Part shown: one piece after another, positions 1 through 12,024 of the stretch | Layout: every line of letters begins with the position of its first letter | Position numbering within the stretch: position 1 is the stretch's first letter | Assembly: GCA_032718475.1 (NCBI GenBank) | Contig: JAUCBJ010008257.1 | Span: forward strand, 7,624-71,623 | DNA length: 64,000 nucleotides | Reading direction: 5' to 3' | DNA from: Nemertoderma westbladi | Taxonomy: Eukaryota; Animalia; Xenacoelomorpha | Program-made: the position numbers and the translations under genes | The notes under the pieces: generated by a model | What the model was told of the DNA's origin: nothing | The model's input: only the letters and a program-made list of their open reading frames with translations | The model's database searches: none

Positions 1-708
1 TGACTCATGTAGGGTCTATCAAATAACATTAGATTCACTTCAAACCACTTTAACATAAGTCACAATCGTTATAGGTAACCTTTCTCTCTTACCTTCGGTA
101 TATCAAGAATATTGGGTTTTCGGGGTTATTTCTCGTTATTCCAATATAATAATTCATCAACCAATATAATGAATAACCGACAACAAATAGCAGTATACAG
201 TATTGATTGAGCAGGTAATTTTTAGCAGCAGTTATACGTCAGTGAGACTACTGCAGTTAAAGGATATATGTCCCTATAATTAAACCTACTAGTGTTGGGC
301 TAAAAAGCAGAAAACACAAAACACTACAAAGCCGTTCTTTCGTGGCTTTGAAAAACTCGTGACTACTACTCTATACGAGGATACCAACTACCCTTATTCC
401 ACGAAGCTCCCGTTCAACACAGAGAAAGAGCAGTGAGATAGGAAAATTTCAGTTCAGTAGCTCTGTGATAGGTCAAAATCAAGGCTAACTCAAATTCTAT
501 TGGGAGATACAAAAACAAGGCTATGACGCAACCTTCCTAGGCTGGTTGGCCGATTAAACAGAGCCCAGATACCTGCGTACAGCAAATCAGCCAATAAGCT
601 GGTAGCTTGCGCTATTCGAGTTATAGATCCCCTTTTAGAGTATTCAGCGACTGGGGGGGAACTGGTTAGCAAGGCAAACGAATCAGTTATCCCACAAAAG
701 CTTTTACA
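1..708 (-). mobile_element. Partial LTR related to the LTR starting at 46309 (runs off the window start)
   Basis: 1-295 is the near-identical reverse complement of 46721-47069 (one indel block). Both copies begin with TGTAAAAGCTTTTG (708 on minus; 46309 on plus). The segment in between is only patchily similar. Confidence 0.65.
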
Positions 709-844
709 CACACGCACCCACCTCATTACTTTCCTACCCACTCACACAGTCACACCCACCACCTATATAAATAACTAACTAAAATATACCCACCACTAAT
801 ATAAATATACTGTACTTCTACTGTAGTCAGTCAGTAGGTATAAG

Positions 845-1076
845 TGGTAAGTAGATGTGTCATTAAGACGTGTTCAATACGTCATTTTAGGTAATTATAT
901 ATCCACCATGTATAAGTCTCATACAGGAACGTGTCAACAAGACGTGTTCAAGACGTAATTTTACATAATTACTATCAACCATCAAAACTTTGAGTTCTTG
1001 CAACAAACATAATTGACGTAAAATGACGTCCACATACCTGTTGAGGTGTAAAAATAGACGTCAAATGCTTATAGGG
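845..1076. mobile_element. Fragment of an EnSpm/CACTA-like non-autonomous element end
   Basis: Cluster of GACGT subterminal-type repeats ending in TGCTTATAGGG, resembling CCC...GGG animal EnSpm termini. The partner end was not found. Confidence 0.3.
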
Positions 1077-1077
1077 C

Positions 1078-1262
1078 ATTTGCTAGATCATCCGCATCTT
1101 CAAGGCCAGTGTCCTTTAAGTTACGTCTCAAGAAAGTCATGGGCTGTCCACCATGCTTATTCACTCCATGCAGCCATGAGGCTGCCAAAGTACAAGATTA
1201 TGCACTGGCTGGTCCTCACGGCGAAAGCAATGTCCTGCAAAGCGGAGGCGATTTTGTTCTAG
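1078..1262 (-). mobile_element. RTE-clade LINE 3' fragment
   Basis: Near-identical to 9040-9210 and to the reverse complement of about 35045-35225 (RLRFAGHCFRREDQPVH region). Confidence 0.85.
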
Positions 1263-2268
1263 AAATAAATACATTTCCGTCGACAAATAAATTATTCAAA
1301 TAAATTATTTTTCGTCTACCAGGCGACCTATAAATAATTATAGGGCGACTAATAAGTAGCTAAAGGAACAGAAAAAAAGTAATATACGCCCATATGTAGG
1401 ATTTCACTTTTCGGTCGACTTTTTATTGGACTGTTGGAATTTCATATATGAAGATTTCTTATTTTTTTTAATTTATCTTTATTATATTAAGTGTTTTATT
1501 GCGCTTATGTATGTCTTATAACCTGGACAAATACTAATTCATTTATTGTTTTGGTTAGATTCAGCCCTTCTGTAACCTCTGTTTTTGGTGAAAACCTGGT
1601 ATACTTCACATGGGGCCATGGGGGTAACTGAAAAGTGAAATATATCAGCAGAAAGTCTGGTATCCTTCACATGGGCCGTAATATAATTGTCATAATTCAA
1701 CCTACGTATGGTATGTTCCTTTCTAGGCGGATATTACAGTATTATCAGATTATAATTTATTATTATCACTTGAAGAATTAAAAGTTGTAACTAAAAGTTG
1801 TTTAAAAAAGCGAAAGCCCCAAGGAAGGGCGGCTACGGGTGGGTGGGATAACTTGATCATCCTATATTTAGTTATTTCTTAATTAGTTATTTCTTATTTA
1901 CCTATTTGTAATAATTGTGTTTTGTTTTATTTCACTTTATTATATTAAATTTTTTGCCAATTAATGAAAAGTTGTAAAGGCGGGAAATTTAAACGCCCTG
2001 TCTTTTGTGGCAGACGTGCAGTGTGCCCTACCGCCGGCCTACCAACCTGCTGGCTGACAGTGGACAGAGATGGGACGGGTACGTCTTGTACGTCTGTACA
2101 TTCAGTGTTTTCCGTTTTCGGTTTTACTGTTTCATGGTAGGCGTAGGCCTATGATTGGTAGGCTATTTAATATTTGATAATTATTTATATGCTGCTACAG
2201 CCTGACAGCTACCGGCAACCGGTACTGCACTGCTATATTACTACTGTACTAACGGCAGAACGGCCAAG

Positions 2269-2491
2269 GACTACTATTTTACTATACTATGTACTACAGG
2301 CAGACCTGCAGACAGTGGACAGGACTGGCAGACTGGCATACCGTTCTGCCTTCAGCCCTTTCATCCGACTTCGCTAAGCGAAGTCGGATCGGGAAGTACA
2401 CAGTATGCTAAGCAGGCTAGTCTGCCAGTCCTGTCTGTAGTATACTGCAGTACTGCCAGACTGCTGTACTGGTATAGTAGCAGAGTAGTCC
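2269..2491. repeat. Imperfect foldback with a near-perfect central palindrome
   Basis: ATCCGACTTCGC-taa-GCGAAGTCGGAT at 2363-2389, flanked by inverted arms (GACAGGACTGGCAGAC/GTCTGCCAGTCCTGTC; GGACTACT/AGTAGTCC). Confidence 0.6.
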
Positions 2492-2864
2492 CTGCTAAAC
2501 AGCTAAAGGTTTATCTGAACAGTGTTACTTTGTTAGTTGCTCATTATTATTTTACAATTCAGACAGTAGCGTCTGAACGTAGAACAGAAATCGTTCCAGC
2601 GGCCAGCGGGCATAAACGCTACCCGGCTGTACGGCTACGCTACGCCTACCGGTATCGCCGACACGACAACCACAGCCAGCAACCATTAAAACATGATTGC
2701 TTAGGTTTACTAAGTGCTAAGTCTGTAAGTAGGCCTACTGACAACTGAAGTATTAACGCTAATAATGATTAATTGTGGAAAGGGAAATGAGTAGGATCTA
2801 GGATGCAGATTCATATTTCTGTATTTGTCGGCTACGTTACTAGGTTTAGGTCCCATCCCACCTT

Positions 2865-3155
2865 GGTGTAGCCGTAGTGGTTGCTTTGAATTCACAACTC
2901 TCGTAGGTCGTGGGTTCGATCCTCGCATGGCTGTATGCCAGGGCAGTTTGCAGTTTTAGTTTCGGCACCTATGCTTTGAACGTACTACAGTACTAGCCAG
3001 CTGGCCAGGGCGCATCTCTGCCTTGCATCCTACAGTCCTAAGCGGTAGCTAAATGAGTACTGGAGTTTCCTCTGGGGAGTGTAGTTCTGGGGGGACCGCA
3101 CTGGAAATAAGTCGTCAGAATTTGTGCGTAATCCCTGGCCTAGCGGCCGAATAAA
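2865..3155 (+). mobile_element. tRNA-derived SINE with a Nin/Deu-like central domain
   Basis: A-box-like TAGCCGTAGTGG and B-box GGTTCGATCC, then CTCTGCCTTGCATCCT...TAAATGAGTAC (Nin-domain-like) and a LINE-like tail GGACCGCACTGGAAATAAG...AATAAA. Confidence 0.7.
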
Positions 3156-3304
3156 ATTTAATTTTTTTGTGGCTGTGGTTATGCTCGTGTGTACCTGTAA
3201 TGTTTACACCCGCTCCAGGCTCTGCTGCTCTACCTCTAATTGGTTTGGGATTGTTGAATTAGGAATTGATTCGGAATTAGGGTACCGGTTGTGAATTCTG
3301 AGCC

Positions 3305-5975
3305 ATGATGTTTAGAATCCTCAGGCGTCCAAGGAATTACATTAGTTCTAGTTGCAACAGTTCAAGCAGTTACGCAACGAGTGTTAATTCTCAAACTCAT
3401 TCCAAATATATCTCCATTCCAAAAGCCCGCCAAGATGTCGTAGAGGACATCGCATCGATATTAGCGGCAGCGCCCGGCAGGAATCCCCAAACAGAAACAG
3501 CCAGCGAACCCATACCGGTACCGGACTCAAATCTATTAGTGACAGAAATGGGGAAAGCGCAACTAATAGATATAGGTAAGTGTATTTATTAGGCTGGCTT
3601 TTCTGCCAGTTTCTCTGGCCAGAGTTGAGATTGAATATAATTACTATTGTGTTGTTGGGTTGTATGTATGTGTGTATGTATTATGTATGTACTCTGTTTC
3701 TATAAATACTATATACATTCAGACATTATTTATTATCGGACGGTAATATATTATATATACCATATATACAGATATATATATATCTATATACCATATTGGC
3801 ACATCACTGCATGGATAATTTTTTTTACGAAAATACAAATCGTCAATCTACAGCGTGTTAATAATAACATGAGGGCCTTGTCCTCCCACACCCTGTCGAA
3901 TTACAGTCAATTAAACAGAGCACAAAAATCTAAATGTACGAAATTTAGTTCAATATTGAACAAAAACTTTAAATCAGATATATACGTCTGTAAATTGAAA
4001 CTCGATTATATTTATTCGATATTTCGATATAATATTGAAAATATTTTGTGAAAAATTTAGCTGAACCTGTTCAAATCGATCGGTGGTACCTGATGTAAAT
4101 ACGGAAATGTTGTTACGTTATGTATTTGTTAACCTGATGGAAATGGTCATCATACTGGAGTGAAATAGTCTATATAGATTAGCTCACCATATGTTTTCAA
4201 TATTAGCGAATCTTTTTAATATGCCACTAACCCATCGCAATTCAGTGTCCTACAACAGATTAAAATCAACCTTTTTATTCCAATAATTATCGAACATTCA
4301 TCATCGGTTTGATTTTTCGATGTTGGTCATTTTACGTCTTATAATAGCGATACATCTCGGCCAATATTATATATTTTAAGGAAAATTGCTTTCTGGGTTT
4401 GCACACCATGCTCTTGAGACCAACTCTGAAAAAAACGATTTATTAGTTACCAACCAATTTTTGCATAATTTTAATTGATACTAATTTGTACGTTCTTCTC
4501 ATAAATAACATATGATATAACATTGAAATTCTGAATAATTTTAAAGTATAATTTTATTATTATTATTTTTTAGCAATGAAACGAATAATTGATCCCCTTG
4601 CTGTGGATGACGCTTTTGATACTAAAGCGATGGTTTCTATAGGAGATCTATTTAAAGCTCGAGTGCACCTGGGCCATAAAGAAGGAGTTCAGGTCTGTTG
4701 GACTTACTATATATGCCGGTATTTATCTAACATTGTTCTTAGCTGTGTGAATTAGCAATCCGTACTAATATTACAGTGGTCATACCGAGTTGGCTCTTGG
4801 GGCATGTACCCCACCCCCGGGCCGATAATGGCCTCATATTGACCTGTATTATATACATTCATTTACTCCTACATTTTGCATTATATTTGTTATATTTAGG
4901 ACCCCCATTTCTGGCCCTTCGTGTATGGTACTCGTATTAACTTCCACGTGATTGACCTTAATAAGACCCTACCTCGACTCCATCTCGCGCTCAACTTTGC
5001 CGGCCACATGGCCTACCGGGGCGCCATCATTCTCTTTCTATGTCAGAATCGTCAACACGAACACGAAGTCGTCAAATGCGCGTTGTCTTGTCGGGAATTC
5101 GTTTACACAAAGCCGTTCTGGAAACCTGGAACTTTTACATACGTGAGTATTGAGTTAATAAACACTGAGCCAAGTATTGATTTATTTGCTGCGATACTGT
5201 AAAAACAATTATTTGTAGGTAATAAAATATTCAAGGCGACCTAAACTATAGTTTAGTTTATATCTACTATAACTATTAAACTATAGTTTAGTACGCCTTG
5301 GTAATATTACACATTACACATCCTCACAACAATAAGGTGTTGCAGCACTTAAAAATCAGTTTGGATCTCATATTAATTGTTTTTGAAAAAGTACAAGTTG
5401 CTGCATGAGAATAATAAAAATATTTCGTGAAAATATAAATTGTATATTCTGTGTAATTTAGGCTCAACTTAGACACACTGCGCACTGCACTGTGATAAAC
5501 TGATTAAATCATTTATAATTTACAAGTTCATCTTGTATATCATAACTTTAACTTCTTAGTTTTTTTTATTTTCCAGCCAAATTTATTGGAGAAGTTGCCC
5601 CAACTGTTGATCCTTCTGGGTTTACAAGGCGACACCGCTATTGAGCCTTCCCTGGCTCTCACTGAGGCCTTCAAGATGACCATACCCACGATAGGAGTCT
5701 GTGACTCCAACTTCGATCCTCGCAGTGTTACATACTGTATCCCTGGCAACGACGACTCACCCACCGCTATCAAATTATACTGTCAATTATTCGCCGAGGT
5801 TGTCAACAAGGCCAAGGCATTACAAAGCGAACATTGTAGAATACTGCTTGCCAGGGATACCTTGTGGAAGAACTTCTCACATCAAGAGGATTGGCAATCG
5901 ATAGATAGTCCCCCCAAACCGAATCACCAAACTAAAATTAGTGACAAACCGAATTATTCAGTTATTTGCAATTAA
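3305..5975 (+). CDS. MRPS2: Mitochondrial ribosomal protein S2 (uS2m); exons 3305-3575, 4574-4692, 4900-5142, 5577-5975 (343 aa)
   Basis: GT-AG junctions keep the frame. Spliced protein contains DLFKARVHLGHKEG, YGTRINFHVIDL...LHLALNFAGHMAYRG and IPTIGVCDSNFDP..VTYCIPGNDDS (uS2 signature). Arg/Ser-rich N-terminus resembles a mitochondrial presequence. Confidence 0.93.
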
Positions 5976-7316
5976 GTTATATGGATTTTTTTTGTCTCGA
6001 GATTCCCGCCGAGTCGCCAAGTTTGGCTCCAATGATATCGGCATGTAAGAAAGAGTTCTGTGTGGTTTAGTGAAAGAAACAAATCATTTGTGATTTACTC
6101 GACATGCTTAGCGTTGCCCGGTGACCTTTTCGGGTATAACCACAGAGTAGAGAGTCACCCGTATAGGAATAGAGAACATATTATAATATCCACAACCGAC
6201 TGGTTGGTAACTGTAACTTAATTCAATATGTATACAATATATATCAATTACTGTGATAGTGGATAAAAGTATTTTGGTGCTGAATAAACCCTTAAAATAT
6301 AATCTGAAAAAAATGTCAGTCAACCTGGACAATTATTTTTGCAAGTACATATTTGTTTATTTTAATTTTGAATAACATGTGTTGTCAATTCGTTGAATTC
6401 AATTATTTAAATCTACAGTTTTGGGCAACTGTCGATGCGATACTGGGTGAGATTAATTAGGATATAACCAATATATTTATCTTCTGGTGTAACCGTCACA
6501 CATATTCAAAAACTTCACTATTTATACTACGGGATTACATTTTTTTCACTGGATCCCGGTTTTTCGATTATACACGTTATTAAATTGAATTCTTTGGAGT
6601 TGAAAATTTAATATTGGGGCGTGATATTAATTCGCCATTCGGGTTTTGCGTCCACTCCCCCCCCCCCCCCCCCCTGTCTCGCCCTGATGCTCTACTTAAG
6701 ACCCAAATGACCTTAGATTAATAAAATATTACCTGAAGGTGAAATTAATGTGGCTCATTTGTTAAGGAAAAGTTGAACTTGATCTGGAGCAAATCTTGCA
6801 TTGCACTAATCCATTTCCAATGATATGAGTAAGGTGAGATTAGACAAGGCCAAATCAATAAATTTGATATTTTGGCATTTTAATTAATAATACTCAGATT
6901 GTATAGGTTATTGTTCTCATTTACAACTACTATTTATCCGTTCTAGAGTTGGTATAAGTTAACTAAAAATATTGTGCCCTCTCAGTCGCCGGCCTACTCT
7001 ATAGAAACATGTGTTACCTATACCGAATCCCCCAGAGGGCGAAGGTCTCAGCTGTCAATTATACTTAACAGCTAGGAATATTCCCGCCCTCTTATTTATT
7101 CGACAGATAAGGAGTTTTTGCGGTTTCGAATATTTGAATTTCTAGTTTAATCTCCATTGTCCTGATAACATTACTATTAGTTTTAAGTCACACTTTACGT
7201 GGGATAATAAAACAGACTATATAATTTTAACTTAACCGCAGTAATACAAATGTCGAAATACTTAGAGATTCACATTTTGAAGGAAAGTCCTTGTTAAACT
7301 TTGTCATTAGATACAA

Positions 7317-8549
7317 ATGGTTTTATCCGTTTCTAGAACATTAGCCATGGCAATGGAATCTCGGTTGAATAGTGGCGCCAACCTCATTCACCGAAGCTCG
7401 TTGGATATTTCCACCTACTCGTGTTCATTGGACACCTCTAGTGATTCCGGCCTGGGAGACACAGCCAATGACGAGTCTTCTTTCCGCGCTAGTGCAAAGT
7501 CCCTTCCTAGTTCCAACTTTTTGAAACTTTCCACTCGAACTCTAGATACCGTTAGATGCGATTATCTTTCGAGTCTCACTTCACGACTACCTCTGGGTCT
7601 AATATTCACAATTATCGCGGCGCTTCTGTTTCAAAGCAGCGCAATTTTAGTTCTAGTTCTTAGCTACATACCTCCTGGGGAACACATCCTAATACGGGGA
7701 ACCATCCTCTTCCTCACAACCATCCCCATCATGATCAACAAACGCGTTCGCTTTAACGGCTTCGCACCACGACTCACCTACTTGGTGCTCGCCTGCTACG
7801 GTTTCTTCGGTGTCGTCTCCCAACTGTGTCTCTACTTCGCGGTCCAGAGGATGCCCTACTCCGAGGCCAACGTCATCCTTTCCAGCGCTCCGGTATTCAC
7901 CGGATTCCTAGCGTGGGTCCTTCTTCGAGAACGTCCAACCGGTACCGATTGTTTGAGCGCCGTTATAACACTAGCGGGCGTGGTTCTTATACTCAGACCT
8001 GACTCGTTATTCGGTGGTGTCACCGATGCAGAGGAATCAGTTTTCCCGCATCACAAAGAAGCCGCAATTTTAGCCACTTCAGGTGCTTTCGCATTAGCAA
8101 TTGCATTTATTTGTTTAGGAAAATTAAATAAAATTAGCGATGGTAATTTACACTTTACATTGCCGATGTTGGTATTTAGTGTGTTTTGTATTGTCGAAGG
8201 GTTAACTTTGACTCTGGTGCTAAAAGATTACCGGTTGGTGCGGTGTCACAATTGGGATCGCCTTCTCTCGGTTCTCGTGGGAGTTCTTTCGACTATCGGG
8301 GAGGTCTTTCTAACTCGGGCGTTGCAGTTGGAGAAACCAACGATCGTTGCGGTAACTCGAACTGTCGAGGTGATATTCGCGACTCTATTCCAATCATTAC
8401 TCTTTGTCGATATGACTCGTCTGTTGCCATGGTTCAGTTGGGTCGGAATATGCATGATTACGGTTGCTGTGACGATACTATCAATACGAAAATTAGTCAC
8501 GGAATCTCGAATGCGGTCATCTGGAAATAACAGGTTACAACTTGAATAG
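7317..8549 (+). CDS. SLC35G1-like EamA/DMT-superfamily transporter, single coding exon
   Basis: 410 aa with about 10 hydrophobic segments; two EamA-type repeats (AVQRMPYSEANVILSSAPVFTGFLAWVLLRE; GVVLILRP; LTRALQLEKPTIVAVTRTVEVIFA). Confidence 0.85.
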   Translation: MVLSVSRTLAMAMESRLNSGANLIHRSSLDISTYSCSLDTSSDSGLGDTANDESSFRASAKSLPSSNFLKLSTRTLDTVRCDYLSSLTSRLPLGLIFTIIAALLFQSSAILVLVLSYIPPGEHILIRGTILFLTTIPIMINKRVRFNGFAPRLTYLVLACYGFFGVVSQLCLYFAVQRMPYSEANVILSSAPVFTGFLAWVLLRERPTGTDCLSAVITLAGVVLILRPDSLFGGVTDAEESVFPHHKEAAILATSGAFALAIAFICLGKLNKISDGNLHFTLPMLVFSVFCIVEGLTLTLVLKDYRLVRCHNWDRLLSVLVGVLSTIGEVFLTRALQLEKPTIVAVTRTVEVIFATLFQSLLFVDMTRLLPWFSWVGICMITVAVTILSIRKLVTESRMRSSGNNRLQLE

Positions 8550-8907
8550 TTTATTTGTACGTATACTGTATTATTATGTATGGTTCATAGCATTGTGTAC
8601 CTAAACTTAATGTTAGATTAGTGATTAAAAGTAAACCGTAGTCTGCCATTATTGTGAAGGTATTTTTTATGCTACAGTAAATATTTATTGATGCTTCTTT
8701 TTGCCTTTTATATTATAATGGTACTATGTGCTATTGAAGGGCTGATTTTTTTCCCTACAACTACTACAGTACGATCGGCATAGTACATTGCTGTTTCTTT
8801 CAGTCTGTGTAAGACAGGTTCGTTCAAAGCCATCTTGATGGCGTTCTACTTAATAAAAAAACAATCGGCGTAGTTTAGCCTGCATTAATAAATCGTAAAA
8901 TACTATC

Positions 8908-9344
8908 ACTACTACTACGATTGGCGTGCTGCATTGCAGCTGCATTATATATATATATTACATATCTATTAAGAATGATGTGCCGACTTGTCGACAAAAT
9001 TGCGCCGCCACAACTCCCTATCACCCATGACATTGGCTAGATTATCCGCATCTTCAAGGCCGGTGTCCTTTAAGATGCGTCTCAAGAAAGTCATGGGCTG
9101 TCCACCATGCTTATTCACTTCCATGAGGCTGCCAAAGTACAAGATTATGCACTGGCTGGTCCTCACGGCGAAAGCAATGTCCTGCAAAGCGGAGGCTGAT
9201 TTTGTTCTAGTGTCAAGCTTGGGGGAACCAATGAGACACCTCCAATGTTATATAGTGTCTGGTTGGAGATGTGTGCATTGTACTTGACACAATGAACCCG
9301 GCGCAGCATTCTTGCGAAAATGCCATCCAAAGATTTGGTATCCT
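8908..9344 (-). mobile_element. RTE-clade LINE 3' fragment with (AGT)n tail
   Basis: Reverse complement of about 34910-35325, including the stop codon, the GCAGCTGCAATGCAGC 3' UTR and the tri-nucleotide tail. Confidence 0.85.
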
Positions 9345-9964
9345 ATTTTTTTCCTCATGAAGGCCTGTGACCTATACAAATGATAGGGTCTTGATTTGAG
9401 TCAATGGCGCAAAATGACCACATACACAACATCAATTTTAGTGTGTTTTAAAAATTAGTTTCATTTAATTATAAACATTAAGGGAAAGGAGAAGGCTGCA
9501 GTGGCGGTGTTTTCTAACCAAAACAATAAACTATACATTTGCGCTGAAGATCACTATTTTCACTTGCGGTCAATGTTGGCCACTATCTGCTTGATTTTCA
9601 TACCCAACCATGACTTTATTATAGATATCTTTACTAAGTTATGTCAATGTCATGCCCGATCCGCATACCCTACCCTACTACAGTAATTGGATGTTAATTT
9701 GTGTTTGAAATTTAAAATTTATACCACATATATATGGCATACTGTATGGCTGATTGAGTTTTCTTATTTTATGTTCCTGTTCCCATTTCCGAAATTTCGT
9801 TGCAAAAAATGCGATTTGTAAATTTTTACAAAACAAATATTTATTGAACTTTTATACATTATATACAATAATGAAAACAATATTAATAACTATAAAATAA
9901 TACCGGCAAATATATTAAAAGGTGTAAACTTATAAGAGACCAGCCATTAAAAATTTGTAAATTT

Positions 9965-10197
9965 GTAGGTCAGTCCAGCTGAAGCCGGAGGTGACCCGAA
10001 GGCTCCTCTTTCGATAGCTACTATACCCGTACCCGAGGGTAGGGGTGACCTATCCTAATTTTCCTCCCAGTCATTCAACTGGTCCCCATTTTATCGACCA
10101 TTGTAGATGAAGGGATGAGTGAATTGACCATGGCGGGGCTCGAACCTACAACCAATAGATTATAAGCCCGGCGCTAATCTAACTGAACTTCCCCGCC
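9965..10197 (-). mobile_element. tRNA-derived SINE with a Nin-like domain
   Basis: Minus strand reads GGCGGGGAAGTTCAGTTAG...CTTATAA...GGTTCGAGCCCCGCC (tRNA-like head with B box), then TCATCCCTTCATC...GGTCGATAAAATGGGGACC (Nin-like). Confidence 0.7.
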
Positions 10198-10533
10198 TTC
10201 TTTCCAAAATGTATAAAACCTCGGAAACCACTGATATCGTTTGTCTAAGTTTGTAGCGTAAATTTATAATGAACTAAGTCAAACATTCCTAAAACGTTAC
10301 ATCTACTCAGCATATGTGATAAACCAAGCGTAATATTATTGTCCAACAAACCGCCATTTAATTAATACATATAGAGTAGAGTCCAGTAATCTATTACGCA
10401 AAAAATATAAGTAATATATCATATGAATTACTGGGGGTAAGTAAAAGCCTACTGTGCGTATGTATGTATGTATGTTGTGTAGGTGTATGTTTGTATGTGG
10501 CTTGTACTAATACTTAATACTGCGCATTATTAA

Positions 10534-10811
10534 GACGGGTTTACTACACGTGGTAACTTTTTGAGCAGCTTGGGAGAAACTCAGTTTGCCGATCATGTTG
10601 CTCCGTGTAATACACGAAGTTGTTGTAAAACAAAAGTTGCCACGACGTTTAAACTGTGAATAAGTTGTTCAAAATTGACTTACTATTTGCTGACCAAGTT
10701 ACCAAAAAAGTTGCCACTCCATAGACACGTTTACACTACGAACAAGTTATGTTGTTCAAAATTAAGTTGCTGAAAAAGTTGCCCAAAAAGTTCCCAAATG
10801 TAAACCGGCCT
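10534..10811. mobile_element. Probable PIF/Harbinger-like MITE
   Basis: Imperfect terminal inverted repeats (GGTTTAC...AACTTTTTG / CAAAAAGTT...GTAAACC) and internal AAGTTGC repeats. Confidence 0.4.
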
Positions 10812-11295
10812 ACACACACAGTTAGGTAAATTTCTCTAAACTCTCAGGATTTAAAATCGGCCTACTGTCTGATTATCCAATTACAAGGCCATTTTATTGC
10901 AAACCCAGTAGGCCTACAGTATATCCATAAATTTTCATTTCGTTTTTCGGACATCTCTATAAGGGAAGTTTCGGTTTAGAACGGTGCAGAAAATTTGGAG
11001 TTTGTCACTTTCATGATCCAATCTGTGAATTCTTACGAAGACTTGTCAGTACGAAGATAAGCTATTGGATAAATTAGCCAAGCAATAACTATGTTTTGGA
11101 TGGAAACTTTGTAGAGATACACAGGTTTGGATCGCAAAACATATTTACTTTTCTTCAATCAAATGCTTAACAAATTTGCAGACAGACGCAGAACAGTCCC
11201 CTGTGTCGATTGATAGATAAAACTTGATATTCACCAAAACTGGGTTTTGCTGGTAAGAAAAGACATTTGTACATTATGAGGCGATTTAGATATTG

Positions 11296-12024
11296 TCACG
11301 TATCAAAAAATTCACCACCGTCGTCATCATTACTTCTGTTTACGCTTATTTGTTGTTTGTTAATATCGTCAAGTTCAAGAAATACTTTATTTTTGTTGCT
11401 ATCTTTAACTTTCTGACGATATTGGAAGAGTTGATGAAGAATCACGCCATAGGCGATAGCTGTGACAACAAATAGACTCATGGGAATTAAAACGGCTACG
11501 AGTAGTTCCTTCATATTGTCGTGTTTATTTGCGACAACCTGGTAGGGTTTCTCCGGGTCATAGAAACAGGGAAATCTGCCGGTAATGTTACCGTATTTAC
11601 GCACAAAAGTTTCAACTATTCCATCGTTTCTTTCAATATCTTTGTAGCAAGAGAACGCGGAACACTTGCTATAGTACTTGTCTATAACAACGTCATCTCG
11701 ATGGAGCATACTAGTTAACGTTCTGTGAGCTGTCAGGTTGATGTGTACCACATAGGTGACGGTAATCACGTAACATTTGAATTCTCCCCAACATTGCCGA
11801 CCGCAGTGGCAACTTTCCAACTGTTGCTTTTTCGTTCTGTTTCTGGTCGTGCATTCTGTCTCGACAGAGAATCTTCGGCCGTTCAGGGCTGGTTTCGCGA
11901 CGACTATTCCAGCAGTGACCACGATTACGATACTCAATACGACGCCAACTGCCAGTATATAGACCACCAATTGGTATCTCCAGATAGTACGGTCTGACAT
12001 ACTAAAATCTATCATTGTGCTCAT
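11296..12024 (-). CDS. BK-channel beta subunit (KCNMB) / TipE-family two-TM auxiliary subunit
   Basis: 242 aa; N-terminal TM, Cys-rich loop (ETEC...CHCGRQC...CYVITV...KCSAFSC...FPCFYDP), second TM near the C-terminus. Confidence 0.75.
   Translation of the reverse strand: MSTMIDFSMSDRTIWRYQLVVYILAVGVVLSIVIVVTAGIVVAKPALNGRRFSVETECTTRNRTKKQQLESCHCGRQCWGEFKCYVITVTYVVHINLTAHRTLTSMLHRDDVVIDKYYSKCSAFSCYKDIERNDGIVETFVRKYGNITGRFPCFYDPEKPYQVVANKHDNMKELLVAVLIPMSLFVVTAIAYGVILHQLFQYRQKVKDSNKNKVFLELDDINKQQISVNRSNDDDGGEFFDT

Noticed and set aside
2865-2935. Functional tRNA gene
   Set aside because: A/B boxes are present but the acceptor stem is poor and a SINE body follows; the same applies to 10125-10197.
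3647-4051. 134-aa Tyr/Ile-rich ORF
   Set aside because: Low-complexity AT-rich sequence inside MRPS2 intron 1.
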